DNA of 64,000 nucleotides from a virus (lineage: Duplodnaviria; Caudoviricetes). Below the pieces are notes generated by a model. That model saw only the letters and a program-made list of their open reading frames with translations. It ran no database searches and had not been told where the DNA came from. The stretch covers positions 33,613 to 97,612 of IMG/VR virus record IMGVR_UViG_2648501258_000001; one strand, written 5' to 3'. Within the stretch, counting starts at the first letter, position 1, and each line of letters starts with the position of its first letter. This document shows positions 45,462-54,459 of the stretch, one piece after another. A program made the position numbers and the translations under genes.

Positions 45462-45550
45462 TGGAGGCGGGTAAAGGAATCGAACCCTCACCGGCTACTA
45501 ACCAGTGGCGCAGTTTTCAAGACTGTGTACCGCCATCGGTGCTACCCGCC
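45462..45550 (-). tRNA. tRNA-Ser(TGA)
   Basis: Loop CTTGAAA; long variable arm. Confidence 0.88.
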
Positions 45551-45655
45551 GAAATTTAGACCAGCGTAATTGGGACTCTTACCCCATTTGTTTGAGAAAC
45601 CGCTCGCTGGCTCGACGGCTCAATGTTTGTCATATCAGGAGCGACCTGATCATTC

Positions 45656-45743
45656 TGGCAGAGCATGTAGGATTCGAACCTACGGAGCGTTTCCACTCTA
45701 TGGGTTAGCAACCCACTACCATCGGCCTCTCGGTCAATGCTCT
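45656..45743 (-). tRNA. tRNA-Ser(GCT)
   Basis: Loop TTGCTAA; long variable arm; G73. Confidence 0.9.
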
Positions 45744-45747
45744 ATAT

Positions 45748-45824
45748 TGGTTGGACGCCCCAGACTCGAACTGGGAACCTACCGGGTAAAAGCCGGTTAT
45801 TCTAAACCATTGAATTAGCGTCCA
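45748..45824 (-). tRNA. tRNA-Lys(TTT)
   Basis: Loop CTTTTAC. Confidence 0.9.
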
Positions 45825-46201
45825 ATAAATTCTACTGTCTGCCCTCTCGCGAGCTTCCAGTGTGTTTCTCTGTGGCAATTAGAGCATAGCAGAACACACT
45901 TGTCAATCTCTTCTAGAAGATTTTCTTTAGACATACTCCATCTCTTATTGATTTGGAAGTCCTTGTGTTCAGGATCTACGTGGTGAAACTCTAGGGCAGC
46001 TGTACAGGCGCTGTATCCACAAAGAATACACCCACCACCTTTCTGCGCTACAAGCCATCTTGACTTCTCTTCGTATCTTGCCATGTTTCTAGCATTAAAA
46101 CAAGCTTTACATTCACTCATTAGATTACCAGAAGTTTTCCTTCCCTTGGCGTAATACTCACTTTCTTGCTTTTCTAAGTTGCATTGTGAACAGATTTTCA
46201 T
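45815..46201 (-). CDS. HNH endonuclease in tRNA cluster
   Basis: KGGGC..CGY....ALEFHH.DP, KCVLLCSNCH...H. Confidence 0.88.
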   Translation of the reverse strand: MKICSQCNLEKQESEYYAKGRKTSGNLMSECKACFNARNMARYEEKSRWLVAQKGGGCILCGYSACTAALEFHHVDPEHKDFQINKRWSMSKENLLEEIDKCVLLCSNCHRETHWKLARGQTVEFIGR

Positions 46202-46207
46202 CCCCTG

Positions 46208-46531
46208 TCAAGCACTTGTTGCATGAAGTTGAAAAATTGTTGCTGGTGGCTTATCTGTTTCATCAGGTTCTTCTGTCTCACCACGAGCTAGAGCCTTCAA
46301 AGCCTTATCTGCCCGTAGCATCGCCATGTACATATTAGCGATATCCTGGGCCATCTTGAATTGTTTCTCTGGTGTCAGCTTGGAATCTGTAGCTGCCTCG
46401 ACCATTCTATTCAGTGCGGGACCAAAGGCTCTCTTGAGAATCCTCAGACCACCTTCCAGTTCGGACTTATCAGCAGACTTCGCTAGAGCTTCCTCTCGCG
46501 TCGGTCTACCACCCTTATTTGGCGTTGTCAT
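46208..46531 (-). CDS. Hypothetical helical protein, possible terminase small subunit
   Basis: N-terminal KGGRP, helical core; function inferred only. Confidence 0.55.
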   Translation of the reverse strand: MTTPNKGGRPTREEALAKSADKSELEGGLRILKRAFGPALNRMVEAATDSKLTPEKQFKMAQDIANMYMAMLRADKALKALARGETEEPDETDKPPATIFQLHATSA

Positions 46532-46651
46532 AATCTTTCCTTGTAGGATGTATCGTATTAGGTGTGATCCGTGGATTTACAGGACGAAAGGAGGAGAACA
46601 TCCAAACCCGGATCACATAAACTGTTAAGACATTTCAGTCTGTGTATGATG

Positions 46652-46680
46652 ATTATACCATCAGGTCTTGCACATGTCAA
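46652..46680 (-). promoter_or_regulatory. Consensus sigma70 promoter driving tRNA cluster
   Basis: TTGACA-N17-TATAAT. Confidence 0.85.
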
Positions 46681-46702
46681 TAACACAGAGTAAATATAAT
46701 TG

Positions 46703-46903
46703 TCAATAATCAGATGAAGAAGATTTCATTGCTGTCACACCGTCTGTGGGGTATCGTCCTCCAATGTACTCTCGCTCTGGCGAGGAATGTTTAGACATAT
46801 ACTGACAAGCAAAGCAGAAGTCTTCTTCTTGTTTTGTGTCTGGATTATATCGGGGGATTTCATGTTTAGTTAATGCGTTATTGCAGCACCTGCACCGGCT
46901 CAT
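46703..46903 (-). CDS. Small Zn-binding protein
   Basis: CRCC...CFAC; AAGGA RBS. Confidence 0.6.
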   Translation of the reverse strand: MSRCRCCNNALTKHEIPRYNPDTKQEEDFCFACQYMSKHSSPEREYIGGRYPTDGVTAMKSSSSDY

Positions 46904-47003
46904 TGATTGATTCCTTATATGGATTTCGTATGGTTGATAGTTATTTCATATAATCTCCTAAGTGATTGATTCATAGATTATATGTATTTGATAACGCCTT
47001 TAA

Positions 47004-47294
47004 AGATGAGTTTCGTATTGGAAGGTAGACCAACCCTAGGGAAAGCCATACGAATTTAATCGCCTAAGACTTACCTACGGTCTCCCTTCCACACAGTCCC
47101 TTAAAGATTGAGATCGTGATTGGCTCACATGGGTGAGAGAGATGCTTACACATCTCAGGTTCTGTTCATTCCACCCGAAGGCGTCAACGCTACGCTATAA
47201 ACAGATTAGACTCAGCTTGGGCAGTAGCAACCTCTTCATACCCATACACTCGTTGGCCGGTGAGCGTGCTTTCGCAGACATATCTCTCCAACGA
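47004..47294 (-). ncRNA. Multi-domain structured RNA, copy B
   Basis: Homologous to 10496-10774 with compensatory changes. Confidence 0.75.
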
Positions 47295-47302
47295 CAATCA
47301 CG

Positions 47303-47383
47303 ACTATAACGTGACATATTTAAAATGTCAAGCAATAAAATCTCCAAGCGGGGATTGACTTCTCCGATATGCAATGTTACTAT
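47303..47383. promoter_or_regulatory. Back-to-back divergent promoters
   Basis: Minus TTGACA-N17-TATAGT (47331-47303); plus TTGACT-N17-TACTAT (47355-47383). Confidence 0.72.
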
Positions 47384-47412
47384 CGGGATTCAATTCGCAG
47401 AAGGAGATTCAC

Positions 47413-47826
47413 ATGACTAATTACGTTGATGTAGTAGAAGTCAATCCACTGGTGTTTGTCAACAAAATTGTTGAGCAGATTCGGAATGGATTCTACGTGC
47501 AGAACTCGATCCCAGGTTATCCCCTAGTTGGCCTACCGTATCAAATCAGACTGTTTGAGACTGACGCCCCAGCTATTCGCAATGAGCTACACAGTGATAT
47601 CCACACCGTAGTTGTTGAGGGCTACGATATCATGCAGTGGCTGCTAGATGTGCAAGACGTGGCCCTACAGGGCTTTACAATGAACATGACAGGGGCCTCG
47701 GTAGATAACTACAAGAGTGTCACGATGTTCAAGCCAGAACCTGTTAAGTTCGACCTCGCACCAGAGCCAGCTAAGCCTAAACGTGCTACAAAAGCAAAAC
47801 CAACCACAACCCAAGAAGGAGAGTAA
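47413..47826 (+). CDS. Hypothetical protein
   Basis: AAGGAG RBS. Confidence 0.7.
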   Translation: MTNYVDVVEVNPLVFVNKIVEQIRNGFYVQNSIPGYPLVGLPYQIRLFETDAPAIRNELHSDIHTVVVEGYDIMQWLLDVQDVALQGFTMNMTGASVDNYKSVTMFKPEPVKFDLAPEPAKPKRATKAKPTTTQEGE

Positions 47827-47828
47827 TA

Positions 47829-48236
47829 ATGACTGAACAAACTGCCCCAGTAAAACTGAACAAGGCTCAACGCGAGTTCTTCGGTACATTCGCAACGAAC
47901 GCTGTTGAGAATATCCTCGGCCCTGTGCTGGAGTTCAAAGGTGTTGAAATCACCGCCGCACAAGTTGCCGAAGTTGTTAAAACTTTGGACCTGACAGAGC
48001 TTACCAACGCCATTGGCCGTGCCTTCATCGAACGTGTAGACTTCAAGACCATCGTCAAAGTTGACAAGTTCATGAAGGGCGAAGAGTTCACCAGCGTTGT
48101 TCTAGCATCGAGCGAAGTTAATGCCTTGGTGCAGAGTGAGCTGGTGCAGATCGTTGCCCCTCTGATCCCGCAGGACGCTCCTGAACAACTTGAGCTTGAG
48201 CTGCAACCTGATGAACTGGCTGATCTGGCCTCGTAA
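47829..48236 (+). CDS. Hypothetical protein
   Basis: AAGGAG RBS; hairpin terminator 48244-48263. Confidence 0.72.
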   Translation: MTEQTAPVKLNKAQREFFGTFATNAVENILGPVLEFKGVEITAAQVAEVVKTLDLTELTNAIGRAFIERVDFKTIVKVDKFMKGEEFTSVVLASSEVNALVQSELVQIVAPLIPQDAPEQLELELQPDELADLAS

Positions 48237-48277
48237 TTCCACTGGGGAGCTTTTGCTCCCCTTCGCATGGAGGTGTC

Positions 48278-49036
48278 ATGAAACGTAATCAACAACAAGT
48301 AAAAACTAAACGTGCATCCGTGAAAGAAGCAACTGGCCGGACGGTTAAGCCTAAGTTTGTAGAAGCCCGAGAGGAAGGCAGAACAAGTGCCAACACAAAG
48401 CCTCTAGTGCCCCGAAACGAAAAGCAAGCCCGCTACATCCAGTCCATCAACGAGAACCCTCTCACAATCGCCACAGGCTACGCTGGCACATCTAAGACCT
48501 ACATCCCCACAGTAATGGCTTGCGATGCTTACCTCAAAGGTGAGATTGATAAGATTGTGTTTGTTCGTCCTAACGTTTCCAACTCAAAAAGCCTTGGCAT
48601 GTTTAAAGGGTCTGCTGTTGAGAAGATGGAAATGTGGTTGATGCCTGTAATCAACATTCTCCGTGACCGCCTAACTACTGGTGGACTTGAAACAGCAATT
48701 GAGAATGGCAACATTCAGTATGTTCCTCTGGAAGTCATCAAGGGTTTCAGTGCTGAGAACTGTTTCTTCATTGTAGACGAAGGCGAAGACATTACCATCG
48801 AAGAGGCTATCAAGATCGTTACTCGCCAGGGCAAGGGTTGCAAGATGGTAATCTCTGGCGACGTTGGACAATCAGAGTTGAAAGAACGTAGTGGTCTAAA
48901 ATTCATCACGCACATGGTGCAAAAGCACAGCAACTTGAAGGCTGGCTTTATTGACTTCAACCACGTAAATGACATTGAACGTGATGATTCCTGCAAACAA
49001 TGGATCATCGCACTAGCTAAGGAGGGAGTACAATGA
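48278..49036 (+). CDS. phoH: PhoH-like ATPase
   Basis: PRNEKQ, G.AGTSKT, VRP, IVDE.E, TRQG, SGD..QS. Confidence 0.9.
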   Translation: MKRNQQQVKTKRASVKEATGRTVKPKFVEAREEGRTSANTKPLVPRNEKQARYIQSINENPLTIATGYAGTSKTYIPTVMACDAYLKGEIDKIVFVRPNVSNSKSLGMFKGSAVEKMEMWLMPVINILRDRLTTGGLETAIENGNIQYVPLEVIKGFSAENCFFIVDEGEDITIEEAIKIVTRQGKGCKMVISGDVGQSELKERSGLKFITHMVQKHSNLKAGFIDFNHVNDIERDDSCKQWIIALAKEGVQ

Positions 49037-49611
49037 GTGCTGAGTCACCTAATAGAATCTTGGTCAAAGAAGATGTAGCACGGACTTACATCATCCGTAT
49101 GTCCCGTGATGTTTCACTGGCAGATGATTTTGAAGATGAATTCCAAGTTCTGGCTGCTGCTGGTCCTAATGATCTGGTTAAGATTCTGATCAATTCTGAC
49201 GGCGGTAATCTGGCATCAGCCCAACTGATTTGCAAGGCTATCCGAGAATGCGAAGCTCACACTGTGGCATTCATCGGTATGTTTTGTGCCTCGGCGGCTA
49301 CAGCTATTGCACTGGCCTGCGATGAGTGGGAGATTGATGACAACAGTAGCTTCATGATCCACACAGCCACATACGGCTTGTACGGTAAAGCTCCAGAGGT
49401 TGCTGCACAGCACCGTCACATGGAACGAGCAGTGAGCCGATTCTGTGTAAATACTTACACCGGATTCTTGACACCAGAGGAAATTCAAGCTGTAATCGAC
49501 GGCAAGGATTACTGGTTTGACGGTGAAGAGCTTGCAGCACGTCTGACTTCCTATGCTGAATTCCGTGAAGCAGTCTACGCAGCGGTTGACAGTCCAGAAG
49601 AACCTGAGTAA
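49033..49611 (+). CDS. ClpP-like protease
   Basis: INS.GG, CASAAT.I.LA, FMIH. Confidence 0.85.
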   Translation: MSAESPNRILVKEDVARTYIIRMSRDVSLADDFEDEFQVLAAAGPNDLVKILINSDGGNLASAQLICKAIRECEAHTVAFIGMFCASAATAIALACDEWEIDDNSSFMIHTATYGLYGKAPEVAAQHRHMERAVSRFCVNTYTGFLTPEEIQAVIDGKDYWFDGEELAARLTSYAEFREAVYAAVDSPEEPE

Positions 49612-49678
49612 GATGTGTCCCATAGGCAGTTACCTTGCGTAGCTGCCTACTTTTTCATCTGTAGTAAAGGAGAATAGA

Positions 49679-50005
49679 ATGACAGAGCGACAAGTGTTGT
49701 GTACAATCATCGACCCGGAGCCAAAAGAAAAGACCAAGGGTAAGCAGAAGATCACCACGGTCTCGTTCGATGAGTTCGCCAATTATGAGTTCATCCCTCC
49801 AGCGACATTCTTCATTCAGAACGCGATGGGAGAGTACATTTTCATCCACACTGCCAACCGTGCAACAGCCCAATTCTGGGTAGATGAGAACTACGGTAAA
49901 GGTCGATACACTGTGAAGGCTTCAAAGCTCCAGAAAGGGAAAGAACTTGGTGAGGGCAGCAAGCCTGCTTTCGGAACAGCAACTCGAAAAGGTCAACGAA
50001 AATGA
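49679..50005 (+). CDS. Hypothetical protein
   Basis: AAGGAGA RBS. Confidence 0.7.
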   Translation: MTERQVLCTIIDPEPKEKTKGKQKITTVSFDEFANYEFIPPATFFIQNAMGEYIFIHTANRATAQFWVDENYGKGRYTVKASKLQKGKELGEGSKPAFGTATRKGQRK

Positions 50006-50469
50006 CGCATGGGATGTATAGAACTCCCACGCACAATACGTGGAGAAGTATGCGTGACCGCCTACGTCCGTGGCATAAGAGTTATGGGTATTACAAGGAC
50101 GTGGACATTGATCCAAGATGGGAGGTTTGTTTTCAGGCATTTCTCTCCGACATGGGAGAGCGGCCAGAAGGTATGACACTGGACAGGAAGGACGTTACAA
50201 AGGGATACTGGAAATCTAACTGCCGTTGGGCAACAGACTCTCAGCAACAGCAAAACAAACCTCCATCGAAACGGAATGTAACTGGGTACGCTGGAGTCAC
50301 CTTCGGGAATAACAGGTACACGGCGAGAATCCGCTATGAAGGTAGGAAGGTTTACGTGGGCTGCTACAAAACAGCACTCGAAGCTGCTCTCGCATACGAA
50401 GCCAAAGGTCTTGAATTATTCGGTGAAGAGTGGGTATCTCAATTTAACAAAAGAGGGCAGAAGAAATGA
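50002..50469 (+). CDS. HNH homing endonuclease with AP2 domain
   Basis: FL.DMGERPEG.TLDR.D..KGY..SNCRWAT..QQ..N, TGY.GV, AA.AY. Confidence 0.88.
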   Translation: MTHGMYRTPTHNTWRSMRDRLRPWHKSYGYYKDVDIDPRWEVCFQAFLSDMGERPEGMTLDRKDVTKGYWKSNCRWATDSQQQQNKPPSKRNVTGYAGVTFGNNRYTARIRYEGRKVYVGCYKTALEAALAYEAKGLELFGEEWVSQFNKRGQKK

Positions 50470-50627
50470 GTGAATCATGCAAATATGGGTTCCACCAGTA
50501 CAACGAAGCTGGTAAATGTAATCAGTGCTTAGCGGTGATCCTGCTGGCAAGCTCTGAGCAATACAAAGCGGGGCAGCACTGCTCTACTACAGAATTGAAG
50601 GAACGCCTTGCGGAGAAATTCAAATGA
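50466..50627 (+). CDS. Small hypothetical protein
   Basis: MSESCKYGFH...C..C; ATGA coupling both ends. Confidence 0.55.
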   Translation: MSESCKYGFHQYNEAGKCNQCLAVILLASSEQYKAGQHCSTTELKERLAEKFK

Positions 50628-50962
50628 AGATCAAGACTGAAATTCAAGAGACTTTCACGGTTGTAGATGGCGTCCCAAAGGCTACATACCGGGCAGTCGT
50701 ATCCTACATTGGATTTGATTTGCCGATGTGGTGTTATCGCTCTAGTGCATTGCGTATGCTAGAAGAATTAGACCCTCGCGTATATCATATGAGCATTCAT
50801 TCCTGGGATAAATACCTAGGTTATCCTCCAGTAGGCTCTATCCAGCGGGCACAGAAGATCATCGACCTGCTGCTGGAACAAGTGGCTGCTCGTAACGAGG
50901 CGAAGCGTATTGCGAAGCAAAAGAAGAAATCCAAGCAAATCGCATATATCAAATACCCATAA
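50624..50962 (+). CDS. Hypothetical protein
   Basis: Coupled ORF. Confidence 0.65.
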   Translation: MKIKTEIQETFTVVDGVPKATYRAVVSYIGFDLPMWCYRSSALRMLEELDPRVYHMSIHSWDKYLGYPPVGSIQRAQKIIDLLLEQVAARNEAKRIAKQKKKSKQIAYIKYP

Positions 50963-50974
50963 GGAGGTTATAAA

Positions 50975-51181
50975 ATGCTGGCTAGTAAATTCTTAGAACA
51001 AATTCAAGCCCTGATTGATGAGCATGGTGATAAACATATCATCCTGCAAGGCGATCAAGAGGGCAACTATTACTCCGAGTTGGCAGGCATTGAGCGTACC
51101 TTCTACGAGGATGATTGTACTGCTGATTGCAGGGAAGAGGCTGGGGAAGATGCCCAGGAAGTATTTGTGGTCTACCCATAA
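50975..51181 (+). CDS. Hypothetical protein
   Basis: AAGGAGG RBS; D.EGN.Y motif. Confidence 0.7.
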   Translation: MLASKFLEQIQALIDEHGDKHIILQGDQEGNYYSELAGIERTFYEDDCTADCREEAGEDAQEVFVVYP

Positions 51182-51378
51182 TGTGGATCGCCCAACATCC
51201 GTGTGGCACTTGGTGTGCATACAAAGAGAAGCCACGCGAGAAGATGGGTGGCTGGGACGGTGAGGTGTACTCTGAGCTGATAATTCAGAGTCACATCATG
51301 AGCTGGAGACAAACACTCTGTGAATTAACATTCAAGGAGTACCAAGATAAGTATCGGCACAAGGAGATACGGAGGTGA
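51181..51378 (+). CDS. Hypothetical protein
   Basis: MWIAQ start coupled to upstream stop. Confidence 0.55.
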   Translation: MWIAQHPCGTWCAYKEKPREKMGGWDGEVYSELIIQSHIMSWRQTLCELTFKEYQDKYRHKEIRR

Positions 51379-51776
51379 AGTATGATAGAATGTACATGGG
51401 CATTGCAGAGAAAGCTGCCGAAGAGTCTCACTGCCCTCGCACGCAGGTTGGGTGTGCTGTGGTACTGGAGAGCGGAGTCATTGCACCGGGCCTCAACGGG
51501 CACGCTTCCGGTGGGCCTAACGATTGGGTATACTCGCCGGACGGAAACCCCGAAGTCGTGCATGCGGAGCTTAATGCTCTGGGGAAGTGCCTTGAAGAAG
51601 GACTTTCAGCCAAGGGCAGTACAGTGTACGTTACTCTCAGCCCCTGTCTTGAATGTGCAAAGCTGCTGGTCAGGTCGCGGGTAAGGCGAGTCGTTTATCG
51701 AGATGAGTATCGCTTGACAACTGGCCTGGATTATCTTAGAAAATATAACGTGGAGGTAGAAAAGTATGAGCAGTGA
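51375..51776 (+). CDS. dCMP deaminase
   Basis: VG.V, HAELNA, TLSPC.EC. Confidence 0.9.
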   Translation: MKYDRMYMGIAEKAAEESHCPRTQVGCAVVLESGVIAPGLNGHASGGPNDWVYSPDGNPEVVHAELNALGKCLEEGLSAKGSTVYVTLSPCLECAKLLVRSRVRRVVYRDEYRLTTGLDYLRKYNVEVEKYEQ

Positions 51777-52302
51777 ATTGAGTCTAGCTGAACGCTGGGA
51801 GGCAATGTCTGGTGCAGAGCAAGATGCTGTCAGGGCGCTACATCAAGTTTTGCTGGGCGCTAAGGCGTTTCCTCAGCAGTACTCTGATCCCGTACAAGTC
51901 ATTGAAGATATTGAATTCACACTTCAAGGTCTTTGGAAGTTTGATCGAAGCAGGGACCACCACACCCACTGGATTGACATTAAAGGCTGCACTTGCCCTA
52001 AAATTGACAACGAAGGAAGCTGGGGTATGGCTGGGCGGATCGTCGCAATCGGTTGCAAGTGGCATTGGAAAGAACCGGAGCCAAAAACTTATGCTGTCGC
52101 ACTGGTCTCGGAGTCCTGCGACCACTACCTCGACGCTTTCAAGGCTCACTCGGTAGAAGACCTTGTGCAGCAAATGAAGGATGCCTATGGTGATGAGTTC
52201 TATTACATGGACCGGGTTGACATTACCTCACCAGATGGCGGACAAGGTGAGCTTGCAGAACGTGCTGTTAGACAAGCAATTGAAGAAGGAGAAGACGAAT
52301 GA
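51766..52302 (+). CDS. Hypothetical protein
   Basis: E..LQ.LW.F......H.HW....C.CPK.DN....C..H conserved phage motif. Confidence 0.7.
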   Translation: MSSELSLAERWEAMSGAEQDAVRALHQVLLGAKAFPQQYSDPVQVIEDIEFTLQGLWKFDRSRDHHTHWIDIKGCTCPKIDNEGSWGMAGRIVAIGCKWHWKEPEPKTYAVALVSESCDHYLDAFKAHSVEDLVQQMKDAYGDEFYYMDRVDITSPDGGQGELAERAVRQAIEEGEDE

Positions 52303-53507
52303 TGCTCGTAGAACTATTCGGTAAAGACAAAGGCGGCAAGTACAAGGTGTGGGCTATCGGGACAACCGAGAGCGGCGACCTGACCATTGCCCACGGGCAA
52401 GAGGGCGGTAAGATGACCGTCAAGATGGAAAAGGTCTCCCCAAAGAACGTTGGTCGTGCAAACGAGACAACACCTGAACAACAGGCAGATATCGAAGCTC
52501 ATGGCCGCATCAAGAAGCAACTTGACAAGGGCTATCGTCAGACCAAAGAAGAGCTGGACAGTCTCCCAGTGCTTCCAATGCTCGCTGGCGATTACAACAA
52601 GATCGGGCATCGCATCAACTACAAGAAAGGCGTGTATCTGTCGGACAAGCTCGACGGTGTTCGGATGATGGCGAAGTGCCTGAAAGATGGTACGATCACT
52701 CTGGAGAGCCGTACAGGTCAACCGTATAGCTTACCCCATATTGCGGAAGAGCTTAAATGGATCATGCAACCGGGGGATATCCTTGACGGTGAAGCTTATC
52801 TGCATGGGCACGCTCTACAAGATATCACGTCTGCTGTGAAGCGAACTGATCCTGAAAAGAAGGTAGCGGCTGCTCGCAAGAAGGTGGAAAAGGCTTGCGG
52901 TGGGGATCAGGTCAAGTTTGTAGAAGCTCAGGCAGAATACGCCGAAGCAATCATGATCGAAGAGCTTCGTCCTAAGCTTCAATTCGTAATCTTCGCCGTA
53001 ATTGAGAGTGAGACTGTTTCTCAAGACATGCCGTTTAGTGAAGTGGTTATTAAAACCTACGGGTATCGCAACTACCGTGCGATGGGTAACGAGTTCATCA
53101 AGTTCATCCACTATGAGCTGGCACATAGCGAAGAAGAGATGAAGGTGGCTCACAAGAACTCTGTTCGTCGTGGCTTCGAGGGCATCATGATCCGCAACGC
53201 AGACGGCGTTAACGAAAGTGGCAAGCGTTCGGCTGACTTGCAGAAGTATAAAGAGTTTGTTGACTCTGAGTTCTTGATTCTGGATGTTCTGCCAGCTAAA
53301 GACGATGGCTCGACATTCCTTGTGCAAAACGACTTGAACGGTGAGACGTTCTCGGTTACACTGGGTTCAATGGCTCAACGAGCTGAGTTCCTGGCGAACA
53401 AAGAGCTTTACATTGGCAAGCTGATCACTGTACAATATCAGTCTCGCTACAAAGATACGCTTCTGCCTCAGTTCCCGACAGGCAAAGCAATCCGTGATTA
53501 CGAATAA
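52299..53507 (+). CDS. ATP-dependent DNA ligase
   Basis: PMLA, KLDGVR, LDGE.Y, FEGIMIR, KYK.F, PQFP. Confidence 0.92.
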   Translation: MMLVELFGKDKGGKYKVWAIGTTESGDLTIAHGQEGGKMTVKMEKVSPKNVGRANETTPEQQADIEAHGRIKKQLDKGYRQTKEELDSLPVLPMLAGDYNKIGHRINYKKGVYLSDKLDGVRMMAKCLKDGTITLESRTGQPYSLPHIAEELKWIMQPGDILDGEAYLHGHALQDITSAVKRTDPEKKVAAARKKVEKACGGDQVKFVEAQAEYAEAIMIEELRPKLQFVIFAVIESETVSQDMPFSEVVIKTYGYRNYRAMGNEFIKFIHYELAHSEEEMKVAHKNSVRRGFEGIMIRNADGVNESGKRSADLQKYKEFVDSEFLILDVLPAKDDGSTFLVQNDLNGETFSVTLGSMAQRAEFLANKELYIGKLITVQYQSRYKDTLLPQFPTGKAIRDYE

Positions 53508-53517
53508 GGAGATAGAG

Positions 53518-53946
53518 ATGACTAAAGAATTTACTAAGCTGGATACCACGATTGTACAAGCACGTTCCCTGCTTAACTTCATGTACGCCCTTGGCTACAC
53601 TCTTGATGAAGACTGCAAGACTGGTCGATTTGTCACAAAGTCCAAGGTCCATCAAGGTAACAAGTACTTGAGTGCTGCAACTGCAATCAAGATGCACAAC
53701 CTGAAAGATAGCCAGTGGGAAGTCCACACCACATTCCCGAACGGGAGTGAAGTCGTATTCCCATCTGGTGCAGTTAAACTCAGCAACGGTTTTACCGGCC
53801 TGGGTGTTCGTCTTGCTATGGCAAGTAAGTTGGTCGCTGAGGTCAAACTCAGTGTAACTCGCACTGGACAGCTTGTCACTCAGGATGTTATGATCAAGCC
53901 ACTGAACGAAGATGTACGCCAAATGGTGGAACCTTCTGAGGACTGA
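53518..53946 (+). CDS. Hypothetical protein
   Basis: AAGGAG RBS; hairpin TGCCCGCC/GGCGGGCA downstream. Confidence 0.7.
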   Translation: MTKEFTKLDTTIVQARSLLNFMYALGYTLDEDCKTGRFVTKSKVHQGNKYLSAATAIKMHNLKDSQWEVHTTFPNGSEVVFPSGAVKLSNGFTGLGVRLAMASKLVAEVKLSVTRTGQLVTQDVMIKPLNEDVRQMVEPSED

Positions 53947-54003
53947 CATGTCTGCCCGCCCACAAGGCGGGCATTCTATTGCCTGTAGAAAAGGAGCTAT
54001 GAT

Positions 54004-54459
54004 ATGATCGAACTAACCCCAGAAGTGGTCCTCGAAGCCAAAGCAAAACGCTTTGCGGCTGAGAAGCACATCAAGCAACGCTACGGTGACAAGCCATACG
54101 TGTACCACCTACGACAAGTTGTAGACAATGTGAAGCTTCGCATGGAGGGCAACCCACTTCTCTCTACATACGTCGCTGTGGCTTGGTTACATGATGTAAT
54201 GGAAGATTGTGGTGTAACTTACGAAGAACTCGAAAAAGAGTTCGGGGTTGCAATTGCATATGCTGTATTGCAGTTGACCAAGTATTCCACTCAGAGCTAC
54301 GAGTCGTACATCCAAGGTTGCATCAACTGCGCCATTGCACGAGAAGTGAAAATCTGCGACACTATGGCGAATCTGATGGAAAGCTTTAAGACTGGCAATG
54401 CCAAAGGGCTTGCGAAGTATCCAAAACAACTACACATGCTAATTGAAGGAGTAGTATGA
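54004..54459 (+). CDS. HD-domain hydrolase (Mesh1/SAH-like)
   Basis: H..Q....PY..HL..V, AWLHDV.ED, LT, VK..D...NL. Confidence 0.85.
   Translation: MIELTPEVVLEAKAKRFAAEKHIKQRYGDKPYVYHLRQVVDNVKLRMEGNPLLSTYVAVAWLHDVMEDCGVTYEELEKEFGVAIAYAVLQLTKYSTQSYESYIQGCINCAIAREVKICDTMANLMESFKTGNAKGLAKYPKQLHMLIEGVV

Noticed and set aside
41340-45818. Short ORFs overlapping tRNAs in the track
   Set aside because: Translations of tRNA sequence
41294-45824. Recurrent tgg...tcgaacc pattern as a CRISPR array
   Set aside because: These are tRNA CCA ends and T loops, not identical direct repeats; no cas genes
47004-47095. Canonical HDV-like/theta ribozyme
   Set aside because: P1-P2-P3 nesting is present but P1.1, P4 and the catalytic-C linker are not evident
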